DNA from: Macrostomum hystrix
Taxonomy: Eukaryota > Animalia > Platyhelminthes
Assembly: GCA_950097015.1 (NCBI GenBank)
Contig: CATNEN010000007.1
Location: 4,030,001 to 4,094,000 of the forward strand
DNA length: 64,000 bases
Reading direction: 5' to 3'
The position numbers and the translations under genes were made by a program. The notes below the pieces were generated by a model. That model worked only from the letters and a program-made list of their open reading frames with translations. It was not told the origin of the DNA and did no database searches. Shown piece after piece: positions 13,336 through 26,007 of this stretch. The first letter of the stretch is position 1, and every line of letters begins with the position of its first letter.

Positions 13336-14024
13336 TCTCTCCGCGACAGAAGAGCCTACTGTACTGTCTCTTAGATTCTCTCCTTGGTCTGCGAGGCTCA
13401 GCTTGCTGACCCGTGCTGCTATCCAAGGAAGCCGAGGTGCCTTTTGGAGGTTGGCCCGAGTTCAAGCGGATTGAAATCACTTCAGCAGCTCTTCTAGTGC
13501 GGCAGGCTCCAATGAGTCCACTCATATTAAAAATGAGCGCGGGATTAAGCTAAGCTAGATTCTCATCCCAATACACAATACACGCACTCAGAGCTGGCTG
13601 GCATGACAAACTGCCTCCGGTCCTACCCCCACCCCGGACCCCAGACACATCAGGGGGAGGCCTTGACATCAGCACACGATAGCAGAAACTCAATCCCAGA
13701 TTCCGCCAGCCCGTGTCGGCCTCTCAGCTCCTTGATTAATTTATTCTATTGATAAAGTGCCGCTGCAGCTCCGCAACTGCACACACAGTAGGGGCTGAGT
13801 AGGGGTGCGTGAGCAGTGCTCAGCCGGCCCTGCTGTCAACATGCCCTGCATGTCTACCGGGACCTGCTGTCTCACATCATCGATTCATAGCGGCGTAGCT
13901 GTGACAGACGGACGGCTCGGGCTCAATGCGAAAAGCGAGAAAAAAAGAGGAGTTGCCAGCAGGGCGGGCGACGCACAGGGAATTCCAGACGAATCGAGCA
14001 CGAAATTTCGGGTGGGAACAGCAG

Positions 14025-14580
14025 CTAACTGTGTACTGTGAGCAGTGCAGCTGACAGCAAACTGTGTACTGTGAGCAGTGCAGCTGACAGCAAACTGTGT
14101 ACTGTGAGCAGTGCAGCTGACAGCAAACTGTGTACTGTGAGCAGTGCAGCTGACAGCAAACTGTGTACTGTGAGCAGTGCAGCTGACAGCAAACTGTGTA
14201 CCGTGAGCAGTGCAGCTGACAGCAAACTGTGTACTGTGAGCAGTGCAGCTGACAGCAAACTGTGTACTGTGAGCAGTGCAGCTGACAGCAAACTGTGTAC
14301 TGTGAGCAGTGCAGCTGACAGCAAACTGTGTACTGTGAGCAGTGCAGCTGACAGCAAACTGTGTACTGTGAGCAGTGCAGCTGACAGCAAACTGTGTACT
14401 GTGAGCAGTGCAGCTGACAGCAAACTGTGTACTGTGAGCAGTGCAGCTGACAGCAAACTGTGTACTGTGAGCAGTGCAGCTGACAGCAAACTGTGTACTG
14501 TGAGCAGTGCAGCTGACAGCAAACTGTGTACCGTGAGCAGTGCAGCTGACAGCAAACTGTGTACTGTGAGCAGTGCAGTT
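14025..14580. repeat. 33-bp tandem repeat (CTGTGTACTGTGAGCAGTGCAGCTGACAGCAAA)
   Basis: About 17 nearly identical copies. The ORF SSAADSKLCTV is an artefact. Confidence 0.97.
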
Positions 14581-15787
14581 TTGGCAGTTTTACTGCCAAA
14601 GAGCAGCACAGCAATCTCCTGTTGAGCTGATAGCTGGCAACTATACCACAATATCCTGTCTTGGCCAGTGAGCGGATAACGAAGGCCGACGCCTTAGAGA
14701 GCAGGAAATGCTAAAGCGCGCTCAGCAAACTGCTCACTTCCCGCTTCCCTGTCGTCCCAACTCCCCTAAGCTGCGTGGCGGGATGCGCAGACTAGCTGGC
14801 CAGTGCTGAGATCACACGCGAGCTGAGCATATTGCTGTATACTTGTGGCCCTAATCTGATTTTACATCCCCTGCCCTGCCCCTCCCTATGGCACTAATAC
14901 ATCAATGGATATGCGGTACCCACTCTGACCCTCATTGCTGCTGCTGCTTTCATCCCCTCTCCAGTCTTCCTCCTCACACTGCTTCGCCTTCTCAATCCCA
15001 CGCCGCGGACGCCGAGTTGATACGTGGCGCCGCCTACGCTCCGCCATCAATCTCAGGGAAGGAGGTCTGAGTTTTCGGCAGCCGCGCCTTACAATCCCCC
15101 AATTTCTGATCACGGCTGCAGATGGGAGTGAGCCCAGGGGGAGGAATTGGGAGAAAATGCAGACTTCAGGGCTGCAGTTTCTGAATCAAAGTTGCTGCAA
15201 TTGGAATGCCACTGCTGCAGCCAGGGTTGTGCCATTAACTGGGGATAAAAATCATTGCCCTCACTCTCTTTCTATATCCCAGCTATCTTTATCCCCTTTT
15301 GCCAAGCCTTCGACTTCTCTTGTATATAGAAATACTTTAGATGCTAACATCAGACCCACTCAGTACTTCCTCACCTTAACCCCTTCAAAAGGCATTCGGT
15401 TGTCAAATCTATCCTCTGCGAACCCCACCCCCAATGGGCATTCCACCACTGCAGCCATTGGCTAATTGTGCATGCAGGTATGGCTGCATATTAGTACAGA
15501 GCTATTCACACAGCTAGCTATGCCAGGCTATTTGAAGATAATCCTAAATAGGAAGAAAAATAGGAAGTATTTCAGTGCACACACAGCTTTTAGATAAAAG
15601 TACACCGTTCATTCAAGCAGGCTTGACTGACTGCGGGAGCCGAACTGACTGTTCTAAATAGCAGATGATTGCAATAATAAGCACAATGGGTGCAGCAAAA
15701 GAAAGAATACCTTTTAGGGATGAGGGCTGGATGCAGCTCTGCTTTTCAAATTATGGTAGCTAATTCGTAAATTAGTTAGTCAAAGGG

Positions 15788-16125
15788 AAATGACCAACTA
15801 ATAGTCATGTGACGGAAGAGTAATGACCAACTAATAGTCATGTGATGGAAGAGTAATGACCAACTAATAGTCATGTGACGGAAGAGTAATGACCAACTAA
15901 TAGTCATGTGATGGAAGAGTAATGACCAACTAATAGTCATGTGACGGAAGAGTAATGACCAACTAATAGTCATGTGACGGAAGAGTAATGACCAATAGTC
16001 ATGTGACGGAAGAATAATGACCAACTAATAGTCATGTAACGGAAGAGTAATGACCAACTAATAGTCATGTGACGGAAGAGTAATGACCAACTAATAGTCA
16101 TGTGACGGAAGAGTAATGACCAAAC
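15788..16125. repeat. 33-bp tandem repeat (GGAAGAGTAATGACCAACTAATAGTCATGTGAC)
   Basis: About 10 copies, each with a small ATGAC..GTCAT inverted pair. Confidence 0.93.
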
Positions 16126-16344
16126 CTTGAAATTATTTAAAAAAGTAATTTTTCAGGCAAGTGCAAACAGGATGCAGGTCTGTGAATCAGGTATCTGCTT
16201 TCATTCCTTCACAACAATCGCAGTCTAGACACATTTTCCCTCTTTTCAGCGATTAGATAGCTGGATAAAATGATTTCAAGCAATGCAATCAACTAGATTG
16301 GATTGTTCAAGCTGCATCTAAAAATTGCTTTCTTAATCTCTTCA

Positions 16345-16750
16345 TTAAATCCTGATCCCCAAAATCCCAGACTTGAAATCCTGATACCCCGAATCCCAGA
16401 CTTGAAATCCTGATACCCCGAATCCCAGACTTGAAATCCTGATACCCCGAATCCCAGACTTGAAATCCTGATCCCCCGAATCCCAGACTTGAAATCCTGA
16501 TACCCCGAATCCCAGACTTGAAATCCTGATCCCCCGAATCCCAGACTTGAAATCCTGATACCCCGAATTCCAGACTTGAAATCCTGATCCCCCGAATTCC
16601 AGACTTGAAATCCTGATCCCCCGAATCCCAGACTTGAAATCCTGATCCCCCGAATCCCAGACTTGAAATCCTGATCCCCCGAATTCCAGACTTGAAATCC
16701 TGATTTCCGAATCCCAGACTTGAAATCCTGATCCCCCGAATCCCAGACTA
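16345..16750. repeat. 29-bp tandem repeat (GAATCCCAGACTTGAAATCCTGAT[A/C]CCCC)
   Basis: About 13 copies. Confidence 0.93.
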
Positions 16751-19700
16751 GGAATCCAGATGGCCTACTCCTTTCCATCCCAAAAACCCGATCCCACACT
16801 CGAACCCCATGTCTGGGATTCCCCAGATTTAGTAGGAATCCCGATCCTGAAATTCTTTTCCGATCCAAAAAATCCTGCTTCTCAAAATCCCCGACTCGAA
16901 ATTTCAATCCTTGAATCGCAGATTTAATTTTTAAACCTGCTGCTTTCATCCCCTCACCTGTCTCTCTTTCCTGATCCGCGTTTACAATCTACATGCGCAT
17001 GACAAAGAAGGTCAACAATCACCTACGTATCAACTACGTATTTTCCGTATCAACTCACCGAAATAAGAAGGCTCAGGGCCAGAATTGCGCAGGCCGAGTG
17101 AGTGACTGACCGCCAGCGCCTGAGCTTTGCTGAGTTCATTGTTCCTGGCGTTTGCGCCGGTTTTCACGAAATAATTAGCCACGTGGTTTACCTTTGATAG
17201 GTAAAAATTAATGAGCAGTTGAATTACAGACTGTTTTTCCAATTTATTTGTCTTTATTTGCTACCTCAGTCGCGTGCTTTACCAAAGTTAAGTGCTTCAA
17301 GCAAGGCCGGACTTGAAGTTTAAAAGCTTAACTTGAGGAGTCTGTCTGGATGGTTGCGTGGACTTGGAACTCTGAACTTGTGCGGCTTTGGGCTCAGTGT
17401 TGGGGAGAAAAGAGTAAAACAACCAACCGTACACTGACACACTTGCGCGAAGGAGGAGGTTTCCTAGATAGGAAAGGACTGAAAAGGGTCTGGAAGTTTC
17501 AGGGGAGGTCGACACGGCAAATACAATAGGATAGAAGGGGGAAGAGAAGTAAGAAATCGAGGGGTCGGCTTGGTGGAAAGGGGTTGGGCCTCAGCGTCTT
17601 AACCACCCCTTCAATGTACAGTGGAGCCTTCAAATATTTGGGGTGGTTGGCTTGAACTTGAAGGCCTTACCCCGCCATTCCCGCCAGCCCAAGCCCATAT
17701 AATTCCTCACCCTCCTCCTCACCAAACGCTAAAGCTGACTGACTGGGACTGAATGTATTTGAAAACGGATAGAGGTGGCGGGGCTTCCACCCGCGTGTTT
17801 TGATGATAGATTTCTTTCTAATCCCGTACAGGAGGCGGCTGCCAGTGTACGGACGGACGGAAGGCCCTGAAAACTAACAGTCTTCAGAAGAGGAGGATAG
17901 AAGAAGAAGAGGATATTGCTGCGCCGGGTAGCCGATATAGCGCCTGAGATAAGGGACTCGATTTGTTCATAAACTTGCTCTGCGAACCAGACAGCTCAAC
18001 TAACGAGTTCATTTTCATACCGTAGACCTACTGGGCCATAAAGCCAACTGGGGGACTGTTACCTTGGCGTGCTCATTAGGTGCAGGCTTGTACTCATATC
18101 CCCTCAGGGAAGGGAGTTCAGGCGAGGCCGGCTGGCTCGCGCTTTGAGAAGTCTTTGAGCTTCGACCTTCCCCGTTTCTATAATCCCAAGGCCTTCCAAA
18201 ATATTCAAGTTGTCTTGCAACGGACAGCTGAACAGTCCCGACTCTCCCGACTCTCTGGATAAATGTCTGAGTACTCCATTCTGGTAGTCGTAGAGCAAGA
18301 GCCCGTGAAGAAGCCCTCATTTTTCACGGCTGGCTTGCATGAGCAATGAAACTTTTTCGCTACTAAAGCATTTTATTTAGACAGTCAATGGTTTTTGATT
18401 GCATACTTTTATTCGGCACTCTTGAATGCTGCTGCAGGCAGATCGAACGACTGCGCCACTCCGAAATCCAGCAACTACCGGCAAAGCACCCCGTCCAAAA
18501 TCAACCGCGCTCAACTGCTCCCAAGGAAACCCATGTACAAAAGCCACTTCTGCGGAAATCCGTCGACCAGAAACGCTCCCACTGAAATTCACTGCAAGAC
18601 CGCGCTATGAAAATCCTCCACATCCACGGGAACCCACGGACTAAAAACCGTCCTCCACAGGAACCCACTGACCAAACTCGTCCTCCACGGGAACCCACCA
18701 ACCAAAGTCGTCCTCCACGGGAAGAGCTGACCAAAAGGTCCTCCACGGGAACCCACTCCAAAACCGTCCTCCACGGAAAATCCACCGCACTCAACTGCTT
18801 CTAATTGCAACCCACTGAAGCTTCGACGATCTCATTCGAAAACGCACAGATCGAAACCGCACCCGACGAAACCCCACCATGGATTTATTCATTCGCAAAA
18901 TTTATTTTGAGTCACTTGCACATGAGGCACGGTTCAAAAACAAAACAGCCATCATGTGACGGCTATGCGCAGATATCGCGACCTTATCTGCCTGCGACTT
19001 GGTGCTTTGTCCATGGAAACTTCCGGGTGATTCCCCAAGTTCGCTACACCCTTTCCACTTCTGTGACGACCTAGGCTACAACCAGCGTGAAAATCTCTGC
19101 CAGACTTTTGTCTCCGCCCATATACGCACTTTCCCTGCCAGCAACCAGAGCAGATCGAGCTGCGTAATTTGCATTTTCTGTCTCACGCACTTTTGAAGAA
19201 GCCTTCCATGCCATATCGCTAAAAACTTTCGCGACCGGAAAATCCTCGGGAGTCAAATGGAAAGTCTAAAGTTAAAGCAGTGCCTTATCAGACTATCAGA
19301 CTATTATTTAAATGGGAAATCGCGAGTCGCATACGCAAACAAATTAAGAGACGCTTGATGCTTTCAGTGTTCACCAAACACCCTGATAAAGTCAGTCCCA
19401 AGCTGTCGCTGGCACACACAAGATTGTTGCACAATACAATATTATGCAATACTTTTACACTTACGCAGTTTAACGTTGGTAATGCTTGTCACTTTCGATA
19501 AGCGCTACAAGCAATTATTCAATTTAGAAACTTCGCGAGATGCCTCAAACCAAGGAAGCCTCTCGTTAGGAGGCAGGCTATAGGCTTCCTTGCTCGAACT
19601 GATCAAAACTTGAAATTATCAAGCATTTCTCAGAGAGAGTTGTTTGATCGAGCTCGTATCAAAGATAGCTAGCTCGTAATTGTATCAGCATCTTTAATGG

Positions 19701-19851
19701 GCGGGCTTGCTTAAAATTTAATAGCTTCGGGTTATAGTACATGTAACTCCGGTGTATAGCCCCGATGGCGCCGGGCACGCCCATCCAGGACAGCGCGTCA
19801 GGGTGAGGAGATTCTGGATCGAGACTGGAGACACCTGAACTAAAGGCAATT

Positions 19852-20547
19852 ATGGCCATTCTCCTCAATTTCATGAGACATGTGAGCTCGTACATAGCCG
19901 TCGGACATACTTGTCAGTGGGCAGATACTCGTAGTATTCGATGCGCAGCACCACTACGAGTAGGCTCAAATTTAAGTAAAAAATGTTCTCTCTTTCTTCT
20001 CAATTAGCACATCTCTACCGGAGAATCAACGCATGAGGTTCTACTCAAAGTAGGCGCAAATGTATTCCAGAATGATTTTTACAATGCTTACAATACTTCG
20101 AATTTGTACTCATTTTAAACATGAAATCCGGCATCAAGTAGGTGATATATGATAACACCAATATAGACGTAATGTTTCTGCTCACAATGTTTCATCATGT
20201 AAAAATGTTGGCTATTGTCGAATATTTTGTATTGATTATGTTTCTTTTTTATATTATAGAACCACTATGGATTCGTCACAGAGGTTTATACACTTTCGAC
20301 AATAACCGCTGAATATCTCGACGATGCTGACCGGCCTGAAGCTGTTCAGCTGTTCACCGACCATAGTCAGCTTTCCTGCGTGGAGTTTGGTGATGTCTTA
20401 AATTCTCATCCATATGACTCTGGCTTCAAGAAGAATTATACTTGCAGGTAGTTTCGCATTGGTCAAAACTTTTTTGCCAGTCACTCTTTCAGGAAACAGA
20501 AAACATCGATCTGTGGACACAAGACAAAGGAATGGCAACGGAAGTAA
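19852..20547 (+). CDS. Candidate small spliced gene of unknown function (~104 aa)
   Basis: Phase-consistent GT-AG model: 19852-19881, 20008-20049, 20260-20447, 20493-20547 (TAA). No recognisable domain. Confidence 0.3.
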
Positions 20548-20758
20548 ACTTTGGAGCTATCAAAGGCTGTAAATCGGATGCTGTTGTGCTTTCTAAATGA
20601 TCAAGCTGGAAAAGTAGAATGTATACCGGGTTTGCAGATGTGACAGGCGAAAAAAGGAAACTATATATAGCCTGAACAGCTAAATCAAAGGGCTGACAGC
20701 TATCTCTAAAGCAAGTATCTGTGTGATTCTACACCTATCAGTTGGAAGCACGGATGCC

Positions 20759-21468
20759 AAGATGAGCCCTGGTGCAGTGCTCCTGCATCTGCTGCTGATT
20801 CTGTCATCAGCTCAGACTCAGCCGCTGTATCCGAGACCGTTCAGCAACTCGACCGGTCTGTGTCTGTTCGTCAACACCGCGACCAGACACTCATGGTGCG
20901 CGGCCAACTTGGAGTGCGCTGTGCACGGTGGCGAGCTGGCGAATGCCTACGACTCCATCAAGGGTCGGAACTACAGTCAGAATACGTGGATTGGCGTGAC
21001 TGACCTTTCTGACAAGCGGAGAATTCTCGACAGGTCCGGCTGGCAGCGCATCAGTGACAACGGCATTCTTCGGAATGACAGCTCTCTTTGGCATTTTAGA
21101 GATCCCGACAATGAAGCTTAAGACTGTGTGCGAGTGTTTCCTGGTGGCTCACCTGGATTGTTTGCTGATCAGGAATGTTCTACGAGCAACTATGGCTATC
21201 TGTGCGAGTTCAAGCCTGCAGTGAGTCAGTCTGCCACCAACCTGAAGTCAAAGGCTTGGAAGCGCGTGGCGTTCAAGAGGACCAGCTACAACCCGAGCTC
21301 CGAGTACTGCTAAAAAGACCTGCACGGCATGCCGAGCGCTCTCAGCTGCGTGGCTGTGGCTGTTTGAGACGCAAGTCGCAGCTGTGCCGCCTGCTGCTGT
21401 TCAATGACGCTCAGGTCGAGTCGGAGATCGAGAACAGCGAGGACTGGACGAAGTTCAGCTTCGTGTGA
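20759..21468 (+). pseudogene. Secreted C-type lectin-domain gene with a possible PAN/apple-like C-terminal part; disrupted
   Basis: Signal peptide MSPGAVLLHLLLILSSAQT and CTLD hallmarks (WCAANLEC..GGELA, WIGVTD, DPDN..DCV, DQEC..YLCEF). In-frame TAA at 21119-21121 and 21311-21313, and the tail continues in another frame. Confidence 0.7.
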
Positions 21469-21888
21469 GCGAGGACCGGGCCGAGTTCACATAGCTGGCA
21501 GAAAGGCTGCGATGAGCAACAAATCAAATACCTAAAAGCTTTATCATTCGAGAACGCTTTTTTTGTTCAGTAAAAGAGGCACCGAAAAATTTGTGCGTCA
21601 GTCGTCACTGAAGAATTTCTAAATTAAAAACACGTTTTAAGAGCTCTCGTGGAGCCCACACGCTCGATGTCACAAATGACTGAATGATTATTGCGAAACT
21701 TATTTGTGAAATATAATTTATCCTTTCATGGTATCAAATCCAGGAGCCCGTTATCCTAACAAGAATCGTACGCTCGTATGTTTTAGACGGACGCATTGGC
21801 ATAGAGAGAATGGCTTCAGAGAGTTTATAGAAAAGTTTCCTTCCGTCGCTGAATAGGCACGTCAGGACGTAAAATGTTTTTTTGTTGA

Positions 21889-22230
21889 TCAAGCGGTCTT
21901 CGTTCTCGATCGCTTCGCCCGCCTTTTCCCAGTTGACTTTCTGGATCTGCCGCCACCGGCCGCAGATTTCGGAGCCGTCGGCTTGGCTGACTTGGTCGCC
22001 GCTCGATTGGAGACTGCCGGAGCAGTTTCGGGCCTGAGGACGCCCCGTGCCCCCGTAGATGCCGACGCCTCCATCAAGGACGTTGGTGGTGGAAAGTATT
22101 CGACCCGACGGCCCTGGCAGTAGCGCTGGTTGCAGACGCGGCAAATGTTCGGCTCGCTCATTTTACCAGCAAAATCTCCGAGTAGGCATTCCCTGCAGTA
22201 TCTGGTGCCACACCACTTACACATATATGT
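21889..22230 (-). CDS. Putative terminal exon of a Cys-rich, zinc-finger-like protein with a basic tail
   Basis: Acceptor TTCCGCAG followed by TYMCKWCGTRYCRECLLGDFAGKMSEPNICRVCNQRYC (three CxxC pairs) and a Lys/Arg-rich tail. Upstream exons not resolved. Confidence 0.5.
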   Translation of the reverse strand, partial: TYMCKWCGTRYCRECLLGDFAGKMSEPNICRVCNQRYCQGRRVEYFPPPTSLMEASASTGARGVLRPETAPAVSNRAATKSAKPTAPKSAAGGGRSRKSTGKRRAKRSRTKTA

Positions 22231-24029
22231 CTGCGGAATCAACAGGAGTGCAGGGAGGAGGCTTGTGTAAAGAACATGTAGATATATGGATGTAATGGTT
22301 GCTTATCGTTCGAAACAAACTTAACATGCACTGTTAGTTGCGATACTTCTTTGAGCTGTAGGTAAAACTGGTGATGCTATCACATTTTTTATATAGAAAA
22401 AGACCACGTCCAACAGGTAAGCACGATAATTTAGAAGAGGCCAGGTTACTCAGAACTCTCGTGTGCGTGGGGCACTGAAATAAGGCATTTTTTACTAAAC
22501 TAGTTTCCTTCCTGTTTAATTTAAACTAACATCCAACTTTCATATGGAAGGCAGGATGCAGGGAACAGAGAATATTAAATTGGAAATTTAGCGACAATTT
22601 TTACAAGTACCTCTGTGCGTTATGGAGTGTCTCGTTGCTTTTCGCATATACCGAAAAAGTTGTGGATTTCTTTGTCCCTTCCTTCCGATCCTTCCTTGTT
22701 CATGCTGAGATTTGGACTATTGTGGTGGCAGCAACTGCATGCATGGACACGCAGCAGACTAACTCTCATGGTTAGCACTCTCATTCCGATTTAACTGGGC
22801 GACAGGGAAAGTTTCACCGCATGCGTCCGATTCATTAAACTTTCATCAGCTGCGTACCGGCCCATCTCTACTGGGAGGTGCCTAACTGCTACGACAACAC
22901 TTTGCTTGCCACGCTTTGACGTGAGCATTTAGCGGGAAAACTCATTTTATTCTACAAGCAGCTCAAAACTCTAACAGACTCGCAGACAATTCCACCCGAG
23001 AGCACAATAGGCTTGCAATTTTCTTTTTTCGCTGACTCAACAACAATGTGACAGCTTTTCAAATTTCTTAAAGAAACTGACCTTGATTTTACAAATCAGA
23101 TGCATCTTACTGCATTGTGGATTTACAATTATGACTAATCGAAACGTTCAAAACTAAGGGCTAAGATCCAAATTAATTCGGATGTGAATGACAAGGCGAT
23201 TAACGCGCTTGCCTCTCGCACCAAGATCCCTGAGCTCGATTCCACGACGAGGCCACATTTATTTGGGGCGCAGCCGCGCAAAGAAAGCTTGGAGGCTTTT
23301 CGGTGCAATTTACGCCCTTGAGGGACAACCTCCCAAGGCACAGTGAGAGTGTACGCTACACTGAATGTCAGGGCAGATGTACACCCCTGTATGAGCAAGT
23401 GCTTGCGTACAGTATTTTTGTGCGTGTGTGCTCAGAATCAGTCAGAGAAATGGGCAGAATTGCTTCCTTGATGTGCCATTGCCCGCAGCAGTTATTGTAG
23501 TTATTATCTTTATATCCAATTTAATTCACGAACGTTTTCTAGTAAGACTTTTTGCCGTATTTTTATTCCGTATACCGTCGTTTTACATCGTATTTTTTGC
23601 ATGCTATTCAAAATAATAATACTGTACTTTTAATAATGTACTTTTAGTAAGGTAAGTATACGCTCGTAAAATTGTGCTTGTATGTAAAAATTGAAGTTAA
23701 TAACTGAAATGTTTATCACCTCCATCTCGTGGGCAAAGCATTTATAAAGCAGCATGGTGCAGCTGTGGTGTTCATCTTACGTGTTGGCTTCTAGCAAACA
23801 CTGAGCAAAGCGACTACATCCATATACATCTGTAAACAATTCATTTCCTGGGCATACAAGGCGCTGCACGGGCTTGAGCAAATAGGTTCTTACTGGTTTT
23901 AATATAATCCGCCTTAACTCATGTTCCTTTTCCATGATGCAAGTTGAAAAATATATTACCCCAACAGGTGGTGCCTGAGTTCACTTCATTGGTTCTCAAT
24001 TTTTAGCATCGATCATCTTTCTGACGCCC

Positions 24030-24360
24030 CGAGTCAGACGCGACCCTGGCTGCTCAGTGGGCCCCTTTATCTAGACTTTGTAGAGGGAGCGCGAGGGTCG
24101 TCCTGGTCGTTTACGCTAGCACCACCGAAGCACTTTCATGTCGGCTTCGACAACGCGCTAGCACTGACCCCGCCAAATGGAGATATAATATCGTTGTGCG
24201 ATTACTTTTATAGGTACCTCTGCTCCAGGCCTGACTACCTCGTCTCCGACAGGAGGTCTCAGGCCTGGCAGCTCAGGAACACCTTTAAACTTTGCTGCGA
24301 GATCATCTCTAGCAATCCTCCTCTAATGGCATGGAAGTCGTGCCTATGAACAACTGGACT
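24030..24360 (+). mobile_element. Highly degenerate non-LTR retrotransposon (RT) fragment
   Basis: Remnants across frames resemble RT motifs: YRYLCS (cf. FKYLGS), R..QAW, ILL.GME (cf. LLYG.E). Frames are broken. Confidence 0.4.
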
Positions 24361-25059
24361 CTGTATTAACTGCTACACAAGATATTTTCAATTTTAAGTA
24401 TGCTTCAATCATTGAAAAAAAACATGCAAAAACTGCCTTTCGACAAAATCACTAGCAATGGACCTCATGAGGGACCATTCCAAGAATATTTCTGTAACAT
24501 TATTGTGAGCATTGTGATCAAAACTCACCGAATCAGAGAGTGGGCAGCCCCAACGACACATGCTTTGACTATATTGACTCGTTGTGTCAAATAGGCGAAT
24601 ATATTCTCTGATTTATTTTTATACTTGCCAGTCTGAAAAAAATATGATGAAGGCTACACTAATGAAGATAGTATAGTTAAATATTGTTGGGTAAAGCAGT
24701 ATAAGCACTTACTAATCCTGAGGCTGAAAACTTTATCGACAAATCAGATGCTTTCGTGGATGGATGCTCTCAGTTGTAAAGTTTTTATTGGACAGAATAC
24801 TTCATAACGGACAAGCTTGCTTAAGGGTCTAGAGTTTTTGTTACAGAATTTCATGTATTCCAATGTTGTCCACACCAACTTTTTTGTTTCTAATTTTTAA
24901 GGGATCAGAGCTGCTAGTTCAGGACGATGTTGAGAAGCTCTTGTACGATTCTTTTAGGCTGACGACTCAGTTAGTTTTTAAGCAAAAATATATTCTAAAT
25001 TTAATTGAATACAAACAAAACAAACGAGTCCATGCGAGTGGTTGAGAATAGAATGCGTG

Positions 25060-26007
25060 ATAAGTATAGTGGGTGAGGAGTAGAGTGGGTGAGAAGTAGA
25101 GTGGGTGAGGAGTAGAGTGGGTGAGGAGTAGAGTGGGTGAGAAGTAGAGTTGGTGAGAAGTAGAGTGGGTGAGAAGTAGAGTGGGTGAGAAGTAGAGTGG
25201 GTGAGAAGTAGAGTTGGTGAGAAGTAGAGTGGGTGAGAAGTATAGTGGGTGAGAAGCAGAGTTGGTGAGAAGTAGAGTGGGTGAGAAGTAGAGTGGGTGA
25301 GAAGTAGAGTTGGTGAGAAGTATAGTGGGTGAGAAGTAGAGTTGGTGAGAAGTAGAGTGGGTGAGAAGTATAGTGGGTGAGAAGCAGAGTTGGTGAGAAG
25401 TAGAGTTGGTGAGAAGTAGAGTGGGTGAGAAGTAGAGTTGGTGAGAAGTAGAGTGGGTGAGAAGTAGAGTGGGTGAGAAGTATAGTGGGTGAGAAGTAGA
25501 GTTGGTGAGAAGTATAGTAGGTGAGAAGTAGAGTGGGTGAGAAGTATAGTGGGTGAGAAGAGAGTTGGTGAGAAGTAGAGTTGGTGAGAAGTATAGTGGG
25601 TGAGAAGTAGAGTTGGTGAGAAGTAGAGTTGGTGAGAAGTATAGTGGGTGAGAAGTAGAGTTGGTGAGAAGTAGAGTTGGTGAGAAGTAGAGTGGGTGAG
25701 AAGTAGAGTTGGTGAGAAGTAGAGTGGGTGAGAAGTAGAGTGGGTGAGAAGTATAGTGGGTGAGAAGTAGAGTTGGTGAGAAGTATAGTAGGTGAGAAGT
25801 AGAGTGGGTGAGAAGTATAGTGGGTGAGAAGAGAGTTGGTGAGAAGTAGAGTTGGTGAGAAGTATAGTGGGTGAGAAGTAGAGTTGGTGAGAAGTAGAGT
25901 TGGTGAGAAGTATAGTGGGTGAGAAGTAGAGTTGGTGAGAAGTAGAGTTGGTGAGAAGTATAGTAGGTGAGAAGTAGAGTGGGTGAGAAGTATAGTGGGT
26001 GAGAAGT
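25060..26007. repeat. 16-bp purine-rich minisatellite (GTGGGTGAGAAGTAGA)
   Basis: About 58 copies with GTTGG/TATAG variants. Both 361-aa ORFs are artefacts. Confidence 0.96.

Noticed and set aside
13940-14020. SPALLA as the ZIP CPALL ectodomain exon
   Set aside because: No compatible splice sites or frame linking it to exon 12434.
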